A program made the translations under genes and the position numbers. Of a stretch of DNA of 64,000 nucleotides, positions 1 through 13,138 are shown piece by piece. The DNA is from Deltaproteobacteria bacterium. Its GTDB lineage: Bacteria > Bdellovibrionota_C > UBA2361 > SZUA-149 > JAITKM01. The stretch is taken from assembly GCA_031278395.1 (NCBI GenBank), contig JAITKM010000018.1:973-64972 (forward strand), read 5' to 3'. The notes beneath the pieces are model-generated. The model saw only the letters and a program-made list of their open reading frames with translations, ran no database searches and was not told the DNA's origin. Every line of letters begins with the position of its first letter. Positions within the stretch are counted from its first letter, which is position 1.

Positions 1-1
1 T

Positions 2-2048
<2,047 letters not shown>

Positions 2049-2082
2049 TTTTTGGAATGTTCTATAAAAATTAGGAAAAACA

Positions 2083-3867
2083 ATGAAAGGAAAAATATTA
2101 TACATTAATGGTAGAGAGGTTGAATTTGATAAAGAGCGCAATATCTTAGAAATCTGTCGGAGGGTAGGAATTGATATTCCAACTTTTTGTTATCAACCTG
2201 AATTGTCAGTTCACGGAGCTTGTCGCTTATGTTTGGTTGAAATTGAAGGGCGCGGCGTGCAAGCTAGTTGTTCAACTCCGCCGGAAGTCGGTTTAAAAGT
2301 TACGACTGAAAGCGAGCAGTTGCAAAAATTAAGAAAAATAAATCTTGAGCTACTTTTGGCAAGTCATCCGCAGGACTGTTTGACTTGTGGAAAAAGCACG
2401 CATTGTAAATTACAAGCATATACTAAGCGTTTTGGCGTGGACAAAATTCGTTATAAAAAAATAGAAAAGTCCTACCCAGATTTAATAAAAAAAAATGTGC
2501 CAGAGTATGCGGCAGCTGGTCAGACAGCTTGTTTGCCGCAGGATTGCTCTAGTCCTGCTTTAGTGCGTGATACTGCAAAGTGTATTTTGTGCGGTTGTTG
2601 TGTGCGTGCTTGTCGTGAGTTGCAGAGTGTGGGGGCTTTGGGTTTTGCTTTTCGTGGTTCTCAGAGTTTTGTGTTGCCAGCTTTTGGTAAAGGCTTGGGT
2701 AAAGGTCAGTGTGTTAATTGTGGGCAGTGTGCAGCGGTTTGTCCGGTCGGGGCTTTAATGCCCAGAAGTCAAGTGCAGGAAGTTTTTAAGGCAGTTTTTG
2801 ATAAATCAAAAGTTTGTGTGGCAGCAATTGCGCCAGCTGTGCGGGTGGCTTTAGGGGATGAATTTGGTGAGTCAGTTGGCGCAATTGTAACAGGTAAGAT
2901 AGTTACGGCGCTAAAAAATATTGGTTTTGATTATGTGTTTGATATTTGTCATGCTGCTGATTTTACTATTCTGGAAGAAGGTTCAGAGTTTATTAAACGT
3001 AAGACTAGCGGTGAAAATTTGCCACAATTTACTTCGTGTTGTCCAGGTTGGGTTAAATTTGTAGAGCAGACCTATCCAGAGTTGAACCACTTGTTAAGTT
3101 CGTGTAAGTCGCCGCAACAAATGTTTGGAGCTTTTGCGCAGGAATATTTACCTCAAATACTAAATCGCAAACGAGAGGAAATAACAATTGTCTCGGTTAT
3201 GCCTTGCACAGCTAAAAAGTTTGAAGCTCAAAGACAAGAGTTTAAACACGCCGGATTGTCAGATATAGATATTGTTATTACCACGCAAGAGTTAGCAACC
3301 ATGATTCGCGAGTCAGGGCAAAATTTTAAACAATTAAAACCTTCAGCCTTTGATAAGCCGTTTGGTGTACAAACAGGCGCTGGTATGATTTTTGGTGTTT
3401 CTGGTGGAGTTACGGAGGCGGCTTTAAGATTTGCCGCAGAGAAATTAACTGGGCAGAAAGCAGAGTTGGAATTTAAGCAAGTGCGTGGTGAAGGAAAAGG
3501 CATTCGGCGCGCGGTCTTGAATGTGGCTGGTGTGGAATTAAAACTAGCGCTGGTTTCAGGTCTGGCGAATGCACGCCAAATACTAGAGGCGGTCAAGTGT
3601 GGCAAGGAGCAGGCGGATTTAATAGAAGTTATGGCTTGTCCCGGGGGTTGTATTAATGGTGGTGGTCAGCCGTATCATCTTGAGGGACGAAGTGTGGTCA
3701 GAAAATTACGTTCTCAAGGGCTTTATAAGGCTGATAAATTAGCCCAGATAAAAAATTCGCAGGATAACCCAGACATGCTTGCTCAATACCAAAACTCTAT
3801 TGGCGAAATAGGTTCACATCACGCGCACGAGTTATTTCACACGCATTATGAGAATCGTAAGGAGTAG
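2083..3867 (+). CDS. hydA: [FeFe]-hydrogenase catalytic subunit (group A3, trimeric)
   Basis: H-cluster motifs FTSCCPGW, MPCTAKKFE and EVMACPGGCINGGGQP are intact. N-terminal NuoG-like Fe-S domains. Confidence 0.95.
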   Translation: MKGKILYINGREVEFDKERNILEICRRVGIDIPTFCYQPELSVHGACRLCLVEIEGRGVQASCSTPPEVGLKVTTESEQLQKLRKINLELLLASHPQDCLTCGKSTHCKLQAYTKRFGVDKIRYKKIEKSYPDLIKKNVPEYAAAGQTACLPQDCSSPALVRDTAKCILCGCCVRACRELQSVGALGFAFRGSQSFVLPAFGKGLGKGQCVNCGQCAAVCPVGALMPRSQVQEVFKAVFDKSKVCVAAIAPAVRVALGDEFGESVGAIVTGKIVTALKNIGFDYVFDICHAADFTILEEGSEFIKRKTSGENLPQFTSCCPGWVKFVEQTYPELNHLLSSCKSPQQMFGAFAQEYLPQILNRKREEITIVSVMPCTAKKFEAQRQEFKHAGLSDIDIVITTQELATMIRESGQNFKQLKPSAFDKPFGVQTGAGMIFGVSGGVTEAALRFAAEKLTGQKAELEFKQVRGEGKGIRRAVLNVAGVELKLALVSGLANARQILEAVKCGKEQADLIEVMACPGGCINGGGQPYHLEGRSVVRKLRSQGLYKADKLAQIKNSQDNPDMLAQYQNSIGEIGSHHAHELFHTHYENRKE

Positions 3868-3982
3868 CCCAGGGCTAAATTCTAAGGGTGTGTATGTAAC
3901 AGTTTAGCCCGCGCCTAATTATTAGGCGTTCTACCGTTCATTAGGATTGCGGAGGGAGTTGCGCAGTCGCAGCAACTTCTAC
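3864..3982. repeat. Cluster of three GTAG-footed REP-like hairpins between convergent genes
   Basis: GTAGCCCAGGGCTA (+, 3864); GTAGAACGCCTAATAATTAGGCG (-, 3912-3934); GTAGAAGTTGC-TGCGACTGC-GCAACTCCC (-, 3954-3982). Confidence 0.5.
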
Positions 3983-3987
3983 TGTTG

Positions 3988-4611
3988 TTATTTAATATTC
4001 CAGTCTACGTAAACCCACTTGCCCGGCAAAATATTGCTTTGATATTCAAAAATGCAAATTGCGCCAGTGGAAACTTTTATATCGTGTTCTTTGGAAAATT
4101 TCTCAAAATCACCTGTAATGTAAGGCGCAAAACGAATGATACCATTACTAGAAACAATCAGCGTGTTTTTGCCACTGCTGCTAATTCTTTCGCTCCACCT
4201 GATCCAGTTTTGAATTATCTCTTCAGGATTAACATTCCAGCCGTCTGGCACAATTGCTTTTTCGCTCCAATCTTGTAGTGCTTTTTCGCCAAGCCGTGCA
4301 AGGACTTCGCTCTCTGGTTTGTTTTCATCTACGCCATAGTCGATTTCAGTAAAATCAGAAAGCGATTCTATCGGCAAGTTGTCTTTACCAAGTGCGCGCA
4401 AAATCCCTTCTGCTGTTTGCATTGTGCGTTTTAGCGGCGCAGCATATACCACTTCGATTTTTATGTTTTTACTTTTTAAAAGTTCGCCAGCTTTTGTTGC
4501 TTGCAAGACGCCGCTTTCTACAAGTGGCAAATCAGTGCGCCCGCCAACTCGTGTTACAATCTCACCCTTATTAAAGGTGTTTCCGTGTCTAACGATTATT
4601 AGTTTTGTCAT
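3988..4611 (-). CDS. Histidine phosphatase (phosphoglycerate mutase-like) family protein
   Basis: N-terminal IVRHGNT motif, plus PLKRTMQTA and EIDYG. The second His motif reads VSSNG. Confidence 0.85.
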   Translation of the reverse strand: MTKLIIVRHGNTFNKGEIVTRVGGRTDLPLVESGVLQATKAGELLKSKNIKIEVVYAAPLKRTMQTAEGILRALGKDNLPIESLSDFTEIDYGVDENKPESEVLARLGEKALQDWSEKAIVPDGWNVNPEEIIQNWIRWSERISSSGKNTLIVSSNGIIRFAPYITGDFEKFSKEHDIKVSTGAICIFEYQSNILPGKWVYVDWNIK

Positions 4612-4614
4612 AAC

Positions 4615-5442
4615 TCAAACCAACTCACCATATTTTTTTATAATTTTTTCCACGCGGTTAATATCTTCTGGCGAATCGACGCCGCTTGTTGTTTCACGTC
4701 CACGATAATCAACAGCGACCATTTTTATTTTTAACCCATTATATAAATAGCGCATCTGCTCAAGCCCTTCGATATAATTTTTTTCGTATTCCGACTCCTC
4801 AAATTCAAAATATTTTTCAAGCGCGTAATACGTGTAAGCATACAAACCAATGTGCCTTCGCACAGGACTAAGCTCCGGATTATTTTTCTTTGCATCTTCA
4901 ATTTTTCTAATTGCAGGCAGTATGCTTTTTGAGAACGCCAGTGCAAAATCGTTTTTGTTCACGAGTACAGTTGTACCAGAATATGGCGTTGTTTTTTTGT
5001 CTGCCAGCAGCTTTGTATATTCATCCCAGCTAAGGCGCACGTAAGGCGTATAAACATCTGCACTGTTGTTTTTGTGCCATGAGTCAATTAAATCTTGCAA
5101 AATCCACGGCGGGCAAAGAGGATTGTCGCCTTGTAAGTTAATTATAAGTTGCGGCGTTTTTGACGCCTGCTGCACAGCAGCAAAGCAACGCTCTGTTCCG
5201 TTCCGGCAAGTCTCTGGGGTCATTGTAACGTTAATGTTGTTTTCGTTACAAAATTTTTCAATGGCAGTGTGGTCGGTTGCAACAACGTAGCTACATGCTT
5301 TGTTGCTTTTGCAAACATATTCGGAGATTGCCGCGACACGTTTAATCATTTCTACGCCTGCAATTTTTTGGAGCGGTTTTGCAGGAAGGCGTGTGCTTGC
5401 ATAACGTGCAGGGATGCAAATTAAAATGTCTTGTGATGTCAT
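4615..5442 (-). CDS. kdsB: 3-deoxy-manno-octulosonate cytidylyltransferase (CMP-Kdo synthetase) family
   Basis: IPARYASTRLPAKPL, NLQGDNP, RHIGLYAY, LEQMRYL, GVDSPED. Start moved to the ATG at 5442 (MTSQDIL). Confidence 0.85.
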   Translation of the reverse strand: MTSQDILICIPARYASTRLPAKPLQKIAGVEMIKRVAAISEYVCKSNKACSYVVATDHTAIEKFCNENNINVTMTPETCRNGTERCFAAVQQASKTPQLIINLQGDNPLCPPWILQDLIDSWHKNNSADVYTPYVRLSWDEYTKLLADKKTTPYSGTTVLVNKNDFALAFSKSILPAIRKIEDAKKNNPELSPVRRHIGLYAYTYYALEKYFEFEESEYEKNYIEGLEQMRYLYNGLKIKMVAVDYRGRETTSGVDSPEDINRVEKIIKKYGELV

Positions 5443-5719
5443 AATAGTTATCGGTAAATAAGGCACGCGTTGCGCCCCTAACATTTGTGACAATAATTTA
5501 CAACTTTGTGATACAAAATATTTTATTTTTTTTATTTACATCAAATTGATTCAAATCTTCTGTTTTATTCAAGGTGAAAAAATATGTAATGGCGTTCCAA
5601 ATTTTGACGTAGTTTAATAAAGAGATTTTTCCTTTTCTAATTCTTTATAATTGTTATGTATTTTATTTTTATAAAAATTGTTGACTTTATAAGCCAAAAA
5701 TGGCAAAAGCCCCGCCACT

Positions 5720-5881
5720 ATGAAAAGAACATATCAACCAAGTAAAATTAAAAAGTTAAGGACTCACGGGTTTTTAGAAAGAATGTCAACCAAAAACGGT
5801 AGATTAGTATTGAAACGTCGTCGCGCCAAAGGTCGCAAGCGTTTGACTGTTGCTATCAATCTTAAAGGCAGAAAAAAGTAA
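5720..5881 (+). CDS. rpmH: 50S ribosomal protein L34 (not in ORF track)
   Basis: Manual translation [53 protein letters not shown]. Confidence 0.97.
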   Translation: MKRTYQPSKIKKLRTHGFLERMSTKNGRLVLKRRRAKGRKRLTVAINLKGRKK

Positions 5882-5964
5882 GTTGCCAGCCTCCATCCTT
5901 TTACTGTATAGCCGTTTGCTATTTGGCAGTTAAGTAAAACTTTGTCTTGGTTTCCTAAAATATA

Positions 5965-6507
5965 ATGAGTCGCTCTCAAAAAAGAAATATTTTTTATACA
6001 ATAATTATTATTGGCGTTTGGTTTTATTTTGTTTTTTGGCAGCCCGTTCAACAAAAAAACTTGCAATTAGACGAAGAACTAGCCCAAAAACAAACTGAAG
6101 AAAAGGTTTATCAAGCCCAAATTAAAAAAATTGAAGCTGTGATGAAAGCTTTCGGTAACTTGTATCGAGATTATACTTTCGCTTTAAACAACTTTACTAA
6201 TCAGCAAAAATTAGTTCCCGATATTCCAGAGGAAATTTCACGACAAGCACAAACCTCCAAGCTAAATATTGCGGCAATTGAAACTCTACCAGAAGTTAAA
6301 AAAGATGATATTTTTATTGGAGGAGCTAAAGTTTCCGCTACCGGAACTTACGCGCAGGCCTTAAAGTTTGTCAGCGGTATTACTAACTCTGAGCGCTATA
6401 TAAATTTTAATGAATTTAATTTTAATAAATTTCCAGAGGGCACTAAGGAAAATAAAAGCCAAATACTGAAAGTTAATTTTGTGCTGGAATATTACCGAAC
6501 TAAATAG
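5965..6507 (+). CDS. PilO/GspM-like type IV pilus or T2SS assembly protein
   Basis: N-terminal TM helix, coiled coil, then ferredoxin-like region with GTYAQALKFV...SERYINF typical of PilO. Confidence 0.6.
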   Translation: MSRSQKRNIFYTIIIIGVWFYFVFWQPVQQKNLQLDEELAQKQTEEKVYQAQIKKIEAVMKAFGNLYRDYTFALNNFTNQQKLVPDIPEEISRQAQTSKLNIAAIETLPEVKKDDIFIGGAKVSATGTYAQALKFVSGITNSERYINFNEFNFNKFPEGTKENKSQILKVNFVLEYYRTK

Positions 6508-6512
6508 TTTCA

Positions 6513-7397
6513 ATGAATTATAAATTTAAAAATATTTTGAGCGTTTTGCTTTGGCTGGGTAGCCTGACTAGCTGTGCTGAGAATGCTATTTTGCCAATAG
6601 CCAACGAGACAAATAGAGAATCTTTTTTATCTGCTAGAAATCTAGTGGAACAAAATTTAACGCTTAACCCAGAGGATACTAAAGCTCAAGCAGGCTTAGC
6701 TATCATAGCTCAGGTTGATCAACGGGGCGCACTGATACAAAGCGGAACAAATCAAGCCCAAGCGCGTGGCAAAAACGAAATGGAAGTTAATCAGGCAGGA
6801 CGAGCTGGAATTGATAGATTAATTATAGATACCCGTGAAAACAATACCGCCTTTGTTTCAAAGACAGTCAAAGCCTCAGAGCTTAGTCAAGAAAGCATTA
6901 ATCAAGTCCAAGCAAATACTGGTTTAACGCATTTACAACAAAATGCTGACGAAAATTTTATTACCTATCTCTCTAAAACCGTGGGCTTAAATGAAGCCAA
7001 AGAAAGTAACGCTGTTGCTCCAAAGAATAATGTCTATCTTTCTAAAACTACGCAGGCTGCTGAGTCAGCAGTTCAGACTGCCGCTCCAACCAGTAATAAT
7101 ACTACAGAAACTACAACTGCAGTTAATTCTAATGGGTGCTTTACTATCCTTTGGTATACCCCAAGTCAGCCTGTTAAGGAGTATGTTTTGCGCTATGGTT
7201 TTGTCAAAGACCAATTAGATAATACACTTACAATTGAACTTTCCAATTTAACTAAAAAACAAGATGCAAAGCGCGGTTCTTTTTATGAATATCAACTTTT
7301 ATGCGGTAGTTTAAACCGTGAGTTATTTTTTACAATTTCTGCCAAAAATGATTTTGGCAGTTCACAGTCTAGTACAGTAATGACTGTGCAAAAATAA
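6513..7397 (+). CDS. Putative lipoprotein with low-complexity repeats and C-terminal fibronectin-III-like domain
   Basis: Lipobox-like LTSC, T/A/Q-rich linker, and a C-terminal W..P....Y.L.YG...F.ISA.N.FG.S pattern of FN3 folds. Confidence 0.55.
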   Translation: MNYKFKNILSVLLWLGSLTSCAENAILPIANETNRESFLSARNLVEQNLTLNPEDTKAQAGLAIIAQVDQRGALIQSGTNQAQARGKNEMEVNQAGRAGIDRLIIDTRENNTAFVSKTVKASELSQESINQVQANTGLTHLQQNADENFITYLSKTVGLNEAKESNAVAPKNNVYLSKTTQAAESAVQTAAPTSNNTTETTTAVNSNGCFTILWYTPSQPVKEYVLRYGFVKDQLDNTLTIELSNLTKKQDAKRGSFYEYQLLCGSLNRELFFTISAKNDFGSSQSSTVMTVQK

Positions 7398-7450
7398 GAG
7401 AACTTCAGTTGTATTTTTTACAGAAACGCAATTTATGAATTAACATCAGC

Positions 7451-8125
7451 ATGGCACAGAATTTTTTTATATCTTCAATTGGCAAAAAAATATTAATGGC
7501 AATTACAGGAATTATTCTGTTTGGTTTTGTGGTTGGGCATTTGCTGGGTAATTTGCAAATGTTTCAAGCTCCAGAGCGCATTAACTATTATGCTCATTTT
7601 TTGCAGAATTTAGGACCGCTACTTTGGGGGATACGCTTTTTTTTGTTGTTAGTTGTTTTGGTTCATTTAATTGTCGCGATCCTTTTAACTAAAGAAAATT
7701 TTGCAGCTCGCCCAGATAAATATGTTGTGCGCCAGAGTGCTAAATCTAGTTTTGCTGATAATTATATGGGCGTTTTTGGAGCCTTACTTGGAATTTATCT
7801 TGTGTTTCATATTTTGCATTTTACAATTAGAGCTTTTATTTATCCAGAATTTTCTGGCTTGCTAACTCCAACCGGACAGCGCGATGTTTACCAGATGGTG
7901 CTTTTAAGTTTTCAAATTCCGTGGGTTTCAACTTTTTATATTTTTATGATGGCAATCTTAGGTTTTCATCTCTGGCATGGGATTCCTAGTTTTTTTCAAA
8001 CCTTAGGTATTCGCCATAAATATATAACGCCAGTTGTAACTTACGGCGGAAAGTTAGTCTCGATCATCATTGCCTTAGGTTATATGTCAATACCGATTGC
8101 GGTTCTATTAGGAATAATAAAATGA
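7451..8125 (+). CDS. sdhC: Succinate dehydrogenase/fumarate reductase cytochrome b subunit (b558 family)
   Basis: [19 protein letters not shown] and HLWHG heme ligands, 5 TM helices; overlaps the flavoprotein gene. Confidence 0.92.
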   Translation: MAQNFFISSIGKKILMAITGIILFGFVVGHLLGNLQMFQAPERINYYAHFLQNLGPLLWGIRFFLLLVVLVHLIVAILLTKENFAARPDKYVVRQSAKSSFADNYMGVFGALLGIYLVFHILHFTIRAFIYPEFSGLLTPTGQRDVYQMVLLSFQIPWVSTFYIFMMAILGFHLWHGIPSFFQTLGIRHKYITPVVTYGGKLVSIIIALGYMSIPIAVLLGIIK

Positions 8126-10035
8126 AACTAGATTCAAAAATACCTGCAGGTTCTTTAGCGGATAAATGGGAGAAATATAAGTTTGAGCTAAAACTTGTCA
8201 ATCCTGCCAATAAGCGAAAATTTAAGATAATTGTAGTTGGTACAGGTTTAGCTGGAGCTTCGGCAGCTGCCAGTTTGGCTGAGCTAGGTTATGAAGTAGA
8301 TTGTTTTTGTTTTCATGATTCGCCACGTCGAGCGCACAGTATTGCTGCACAAGGTGGAATTAACGCAGCTAAGAATTATCAAAATGATGGCGATAGCGTG
8401 CAACGTTTATTTTATGACACAATTAAGGGCGGCGATTTTCGGGCTAGAGAAGCTAATGTCTATCGCTTAGCTCAAGTGAGTAACAATATTATTGACCAGT
8501 GCGTGGCGCAAGGTGTGCCGTTTGCCAGAGAATATGGCGGGCTCTTAGCTAATCGTTCTTTTGGTGGAGCTTTAGTGTCGAGGACCTTTTACGCACGTGG
8601 ACAAACAGGACAACAGTTGTTATTGGGCGCTTATTCTGCACTTTCGCGTCAAATCGGTTTAGGTAAAGTTAAAATGCACACCTATACTGAAATGTTAGAT
8701 TTAGTAGTTATCAACGGTAGGGCTAGCGGTATCACAACGAGAAATTTAAAAACTGGCGAGCTGGAAAGCTGGTCAGCGCACGCAGTAGTTATGGCAACTG
8801 GTGGCTATGCCAACGTGTTTTATCTTTCAACCAATGCACGCGGTTGTAATGTTTCAGCGGCAATGTCAGCGTATAAGAAGGGCGCTTGTTTTGCTAACCC
8901 GTGTTATACTCAAATTCATCCGACAAGTATTCCTGTGAGTAGCGATCATCAAGCCAAGTTAACGCTGATGTCAGAATCTTTGCGTAATGATGGACGGATT
9001 TGGGTGCCCCAAAAACAACATGATACGCGGCGTCCTGAGCAAATTCCTGAAAATGAAAGGGATTATTATTTAGAACGTAAATATCCAAGTTATGGAAACC
9101 TGGCTCCGCGTGATATTTCTTCACGTAGCGCTAAGCAAGTTTGTGATGCGGGCTTAGGTGTGGGACCTAGTGGTTTGGGCGTGTATTTGGATTTTAAAGA
9201 TGCCATTGCCAGACTGGGTCAAGAGACAATTAAAGCTCGTTATGGCAACTTGTTTCAGATGTATGAAAAAATTACAGGTGAAAATCCATATGTTGAGCCA
9301 ATGCGAATTTATCCTGCCCCGCACTACACGATGGGCGGTTTGTGGGTGGATTATAATTTAATGAGCAGTATTCCGGGTTTGTTTGTGTTGGGTGAAGCAA
9401 ACTTTTCCGATCATGGAGCAAACCGTTTAGGGGCGAGCGCCTTAATGCAGGGGTTAGCTGATGGTTATTTTGTCATTCCATATACTATCGGTGGTTATCT
9501 AGTGGGAGATAAGCCGGAACAGCATAGTGCTGAACGCAGTGAGTTTAAGGAATCAAAAGAGGGAGTTAATCAGAGGCTTGAGAAATTGCTGGCGCTTCGG
9601 GGTAAGCGCACTTTTAATTCTTTTCATAAAGAACTGGGCAGTTTGCTTTGGGAATATTGTGGCATGGCAAGAACGGAGGTAGGTTTAAAGAAGGCGTTAG
9701 CTAAAATTCCAGAGCTAAGAGAGGAGTTTTGGCGAAACGTTAATATTTTAGGTGAAAAAAACGATTATAATCAAGCTTTGGAATTAGGTAACCGTGTAGC
9801 TGATTTTATTGATTTTGCAGAGTTGCTTTGCACAGACGCGCTACACCGTACAGAATCTTGCGGCGGACATTTCAGGGAAGAAAGTCAAACAGAGGATGGT
9901 GAAGCTAAGCGCGATGATGAACATTTTAGTTATGTTGGCGCTTGGGAATATCAAGGAGTAGCCAAGGCACCTCTGTTACATAAAGAAGACTTAAAGTTTG
10001 AAAATGTGCAGTTAGGAGTTAGGAGTTATAAGTAA
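8122..10035 (+). CDS. sdhA: Succinate dehydrogenase/fumarate reductase flavoprotein subunit
   Basis: [53 protein letters not shown]. Confidence 0.95.
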   Translation: MKLDSKIPAGSLADKWEKYKFELKLVNPANKRKFKIIVVGTGLAGASAAASLAELGYEVDCFCFHDSPRRAHSIAAQGGINAAKNYQNDGDSVQRLFYDTIKGGDFRAREANVYRLAQVSNNIIDQCVAQGVPFAREYGGLLANRSFGGALVSRTFYARGQTGQQLLLGAYSALSRQIGLGKVKMHTYTEMLDLVVINGRASGITTRNLKTGELESWSAHAVVMATGGYANVFYLSTNARGCNVSAAMSAYKKGACFANPCYTQIHPTSIPVSSDHQAKLTLMSESLRNDGRIWVPQKQHDTRRPEQIPENERDYYLERKYPSYGNLAPRDISSRSAKQVCDAGLGVGPSGLGVYLDFKDAIARLGQETIKARYGNLFQMYEKITGENPYVEPMRIYPAPHYTMGGLWVDYNLMSSIPGLFVLGEANFSDHGANRLGASALMQGLADGYFVIPYTIGGYLVGDKPEQHSAERSEFKESKEGVNQRLEKLLALRGKRTFNSFHKELGSLLWEYCGMARTEVGLKKALAKIPELREEFWRNVNILGEKNDYNQALELGNRVADFIDFAELLCTDALHRTESCGGHFREESQTEDGEAKRDDEHFSYVGAWEYQGVAKAPLLHKEDLKFENVQLGVRSYK

Positions 10036-10087
10036 AAGACTTCTTATTTTTCTTCCAACGGGGAGACTTTTTAACAGATAAAACAAA

Positions 10088-11446
10088 ATGGCGAACAATA
10101 ATGTTAAACGTCTTTGGGACAAAGGCGATACGATTGATTCTTTGATGATTCAACTTACTGTTGGTGATGACCACATTATCGACCGTGAAATGATTGTTTG
10201 GGATTGTATTGGCTCTGCAGCGCACGCCAAAATGTTGCTTTCAATCGGTATGTTGTCGCAAAAAGATGTAAAGAATTTGCTATTAGAACTACATAATATA
10301 TATGTCCGGGCGTCTGAAGGTAAAATTAATATTCCTCTAGAATTAGAAGATGCTCATAATATGATTGAAAATTTACTCGTTGATAAACTAGGCGAGACTG
10401 GAAAACGAATCCATGCTGGACGTGCTAGGAATGATCAGATTCTTGTTACTACTAGGTTATATTTAAGATATGTATTGATCCAGATTTTGCTTAAATTGAT
10501 TGCTTTCACGCATCTTTGTTTTGAACGTTATGCTGAACTTAAAGACATCCCACTTCCTGGTTACACGCATATGCAACTTGCGATGCCGTCGAGCGTAGGC
10601 ATGTGGCTTCACGCCTGGATTGAGCAGAGCGTCGAGATTGTAAAAGAAGGTTTAAATCTACTTGAGATTTTAAATAAAAATCCGCTTGGCGCGAGCGCAG
10701 GTTTTGGCTCGAATATTCCACTAGATAGAAAATTAACAACAAAATTGCTTGGCTTTGGCGAAGTACAGCGTAGTCCGATTGATTGCAACAATAGTCGTGG
10801 TCGTTACGAATTAAAACTTTTGCGTTTGGCAGAAGATATTGCTGGTATGTTTGAAAAAATTGCTTGTGACATTATGCTTTATACAACACGCGAGTTTGGC
10901 TTTTTCAAATTACCAATAGAACTTACGACTGGCTCTAGCATTATGCCGCAAAAACGTAATTCAGATTTGGCAGAGTTGTGCCGCGCACGTGCCTCAAAAG
11001 TACGGGCAACTTCTTTTGAGCTTGCTGGTGTAATTTCAAAACTAATTTCAAGTTACAATCGTGATTTGCAGTATACAAAAGAGCCAGTGTTGCGTGGTGT
11101 ACGCGAATTGAGTGATATGTTTAAAATGGCGGAGTTGTTAGTTGGGCGTTTTGAAGTTCAGTGTGATAGAATTGAAAACGCAATGTTGCCAGAATTATAT
11201 GCGACATATGAAGCAAACAATATGGCGCGCGAGGGAATGCCATATCGTGATGCCTACAAGATTCTAGGTAAAAAAGTTCGCGAGCCAAATTATAGTAAGG
11301 CTGGTTTGGTCGATGAGTTTAAGGTTATTGCAAAACAGACGGATAGCGACGTGCAAGAAGTCCGCGCTGAGTTGGACAAGGTTGAGAAAAAAGTCGAGAT
11401 GTTGGTGGAGAGTTATGCAAATTTGTCTGAGGAAATATTTAAATAG
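10088..11446 (+). CDS. argH: Argininosuccinate lyase
   Basis: IHAGRARNDQ, PGYTHMQLA and the TGSSIMPQKRN signature. Confidence 0.92.
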   Translation: MANNNVKRLWDKGDTIDSLMIQLTVGDDHIIDREMIVWDCIGSAAHAKMLLSIGMLSQKDVKNLLLELHNIYVRASEGKINIPLELEDAHNMIENLLVDKLGETGKRIHAGRARNDQILVTTRLYLRYVLIQILLKLIAFTHLCFERYAELKDIPLPGYTHMQLAMPSSVGMWLHAWIEQSVEIVKEGLNLLEILNKNPLGASAGFGSNIPLDRKLTTKLLGFGEVQRSPIDCNNSRGRYELKLLRLAEDIAGMFEKIACDIMLYTTREFGFFKLPIELTTGSSIMPQKRNSDLAELCRARASKVRATSFELAGVISKLISSYNRDLQYTKEPVLRGVRELSDMFKMAELLVGRFEVQCDRIENAMLPELYATYEANNMAREGMPYRDAYKILGKKVREPNYSKAGLVDEFKVIAKQTDSDVQEVRAELDKVEKKVEMLVESYANLSEEIFK

Positions 11447-11606
11447 TAAAGGGTGTAAAAGGCGTGATAAAATTAAATTATTTCGAACAGGGCTTTTAAT
11501 AATATAAACTTCTTGCGGTTTTAGTGGGTTTATAATAATGTCTGACAATTTTTTAAATTGTGGATTACCAAAAAACTGCAATAATTATTCTTTAAAATAT
11601 AATTTT

Positions 11607-11867
11607 ATGATTAAAAATTTTTTAAAACTATCTCTCTTATTAATTCTACCAGTGTTGTTGTTGGCTTGTTCTTTTAGTGAAATCCCAAAAAACAAAGTTA
11701 AACGAGTTGGTGAATTACCTGAAGACTATTCGGTTCAACAACGTAATTATGACGCACAAAAATACGAGGTCGAATCAACTAAATGGGGACAAGCGGAAAC
11801 AAAGCCTTACGAACAGCGTTATCGTGATCATGAAGACCCGTTCATATATCAAGGAAATATTAAGTAA
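11607..11867 (+). CDS. Small hypothetical lipoprotein
   Basis: Signal peptide with LLAC lipobox from the ATG at 11607; 8 bp upstream of the next gene. Confidence 0.6.
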   Translation: MIKNFLKLSLLLILPVLLLACSFSEIPKNKVKRVGELPEDYSVQQRNYDAQKYEVESTKWGQAETKPYEQRYRDHEDPFIYQGNIK

Positions 11868-11875
11868 ATTAAGTT

Positions 11876-13102
11876 ATGGTTTGGTTAAATGAACTTTTAG
11901 TTGGTGACAATGTCGGACACATAGTTTTTTTGTTTGCTTTAGTTATTGCTTTGGGTATTACGCTAGGGCGTATTAAAATTTTTGGGGTCTCGCTAGGCAT
12001 GACCTTTGTTTTGTTTGTAGGCATTGTGGTAAGCCATTTTGGTATGCAGTATATCGATACAACAAAAACTCAACACTTTATGAATCCAGAGGTTTTGCAT
12101 TTTGTTAGAGAATTTGGCTTGATTCTTTTTGTCTATGCTGTGGGGCTACAGGTTGGTCCTGGATTTTTAGAGACTTTTAAAACTGGCGGGCTAAAGCTTA
12201 ACTTGTTAGCTACTGCAATTGTTTTTCTGGGAGTATTAACGGCAGTTGCGATTCATTATATTACAGGGATTGATATGCCAACTATGGTCGGCATACTTTC
12301 TGGAGCAATTACCAATACACCTGGACTAGGCGCGGCTCAAAATACTTACGCCAACCTAGGCGGTGATCAAAATATTCTTGGAACTGCATATGCTATGAGC
12401 TATCCCTTAGGCGTAACTGGTATTATCCTTTCAATTATTGCAATTAGAATTATTTTTAAAATTGATCTTAACCAAGAAGCCAACCAAAAAGCCGAACTAA
12501 AGTCAGAAGCAACTGCAAACTCTGGAAGTGGGGACGCGGTGACAAAACATACTGACGAGCCACATTTAATTCCAATTTTTGTTGGTATTTTGCTAGGCGT
12601 TATTTTGGGTAGTATTCCTATTTATATTCCAGGCACACCACAACCAGTTAAATTGGGTTTGGCTGGCGGACCGCTAGTCATGGCTATCTTAATGAGCGCG
12701 TTTGGTCCAAAATTTAATTTTCCTACTCGGATTACAAAAAGCGCTGCTTTGATGTTGAGAGAAGTTGGAATTTGTTTGTTTTTAGCTTGTGTTGGGCTTT
12801 CAGCTGGAGAGCGTTTTGTCGAGACGGTTGCGAGTGGTGATGGTCTGCTTTGGATCGGGCTGGGAGTTATTATTACTATCGTGCCGCTGATGTTTGTCGG
12901 AGTTTTAGCTTATAAAGTCTTCAAGGTGGATTATTTTATACTCATGGGAATGATGGCTGGTAGCACCACGGATCCGCCAGCTCTTTCATATTCTGTGGGT
13001 GCCAGTGGCAGTGATAAGCCGTCTATTGGTTATGCCACGGTTTATCCGCTAACCATGTTTTTAAGAATCATGACTGCGCAACTTTTAATTCTTTTGTTTT
13101 GA
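11876..13102 (+). CDS. AspT/YidE/YbjL-family antiporter, short form lacking TrkA-C domains
   Basis: Duplicated halves with [12 protein letters not shown] and [10 protein letters not shown], plus YATVYPL. Only a short hydrophilic linker where TrkA-C domains usually sit. Confidence 0.85.
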   Translation: MVWLNELLVGDNVGHIVFLFALVIALGITLGRIKIFGVSLGMTFVLFVGIVVSHFGMQYIDTTKTQHFMNPEVLHFVREFGLILFVYAVGLQVGPGFLETFKTGGLKLNLLATAIVFLGVLTAVAIHYITGIDMPTMVGILSGAITNTPGLGAAQNTYANLGGDQNILGTAYAMSYPLGVTGIILSIIAIRIIFKIDLNQEANQKAELKSEATANSGSGDAVTKHTDEPHLIPIFVGILLGVILGSIPIYIPGTPQPVKLGLAGGPLVMAILMSAFGPKFNFPTRITKSAALMLREVGICLFLACVGLSAGERFVETVASGDGLLWIGLGVIITIVPLMFVGVLAYKVFKVDYFILMGMMAGSTTDPPALSYSVGASGSDKPSIGYATVYPLTMFLRIMTAQLLILLF

Positions 13103-13138
13103 GTAGGGGGGGGGGAATTCCCTAAGGCATGTTTTAGT

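Noticed and set aside
5485-5503. TTGTGA...TTACAA as a Rex operator
   Set aside because: Spacing is one base too long, and the adjacent gene (kdsB) is not a plausible redox target.
5494-5719. Possible oriC beside rpmH
   Set aside because: AT-rich, but I see no TTATCCACA-type DnaA box cluster and no dnaA/rnpA neighbours.
13107-13116. Poly-G run after the transporter stop as a phase-variation tract
   Set aside because: It lies outside coding sequence and about 170 bp from the next start; no evident promoter role.
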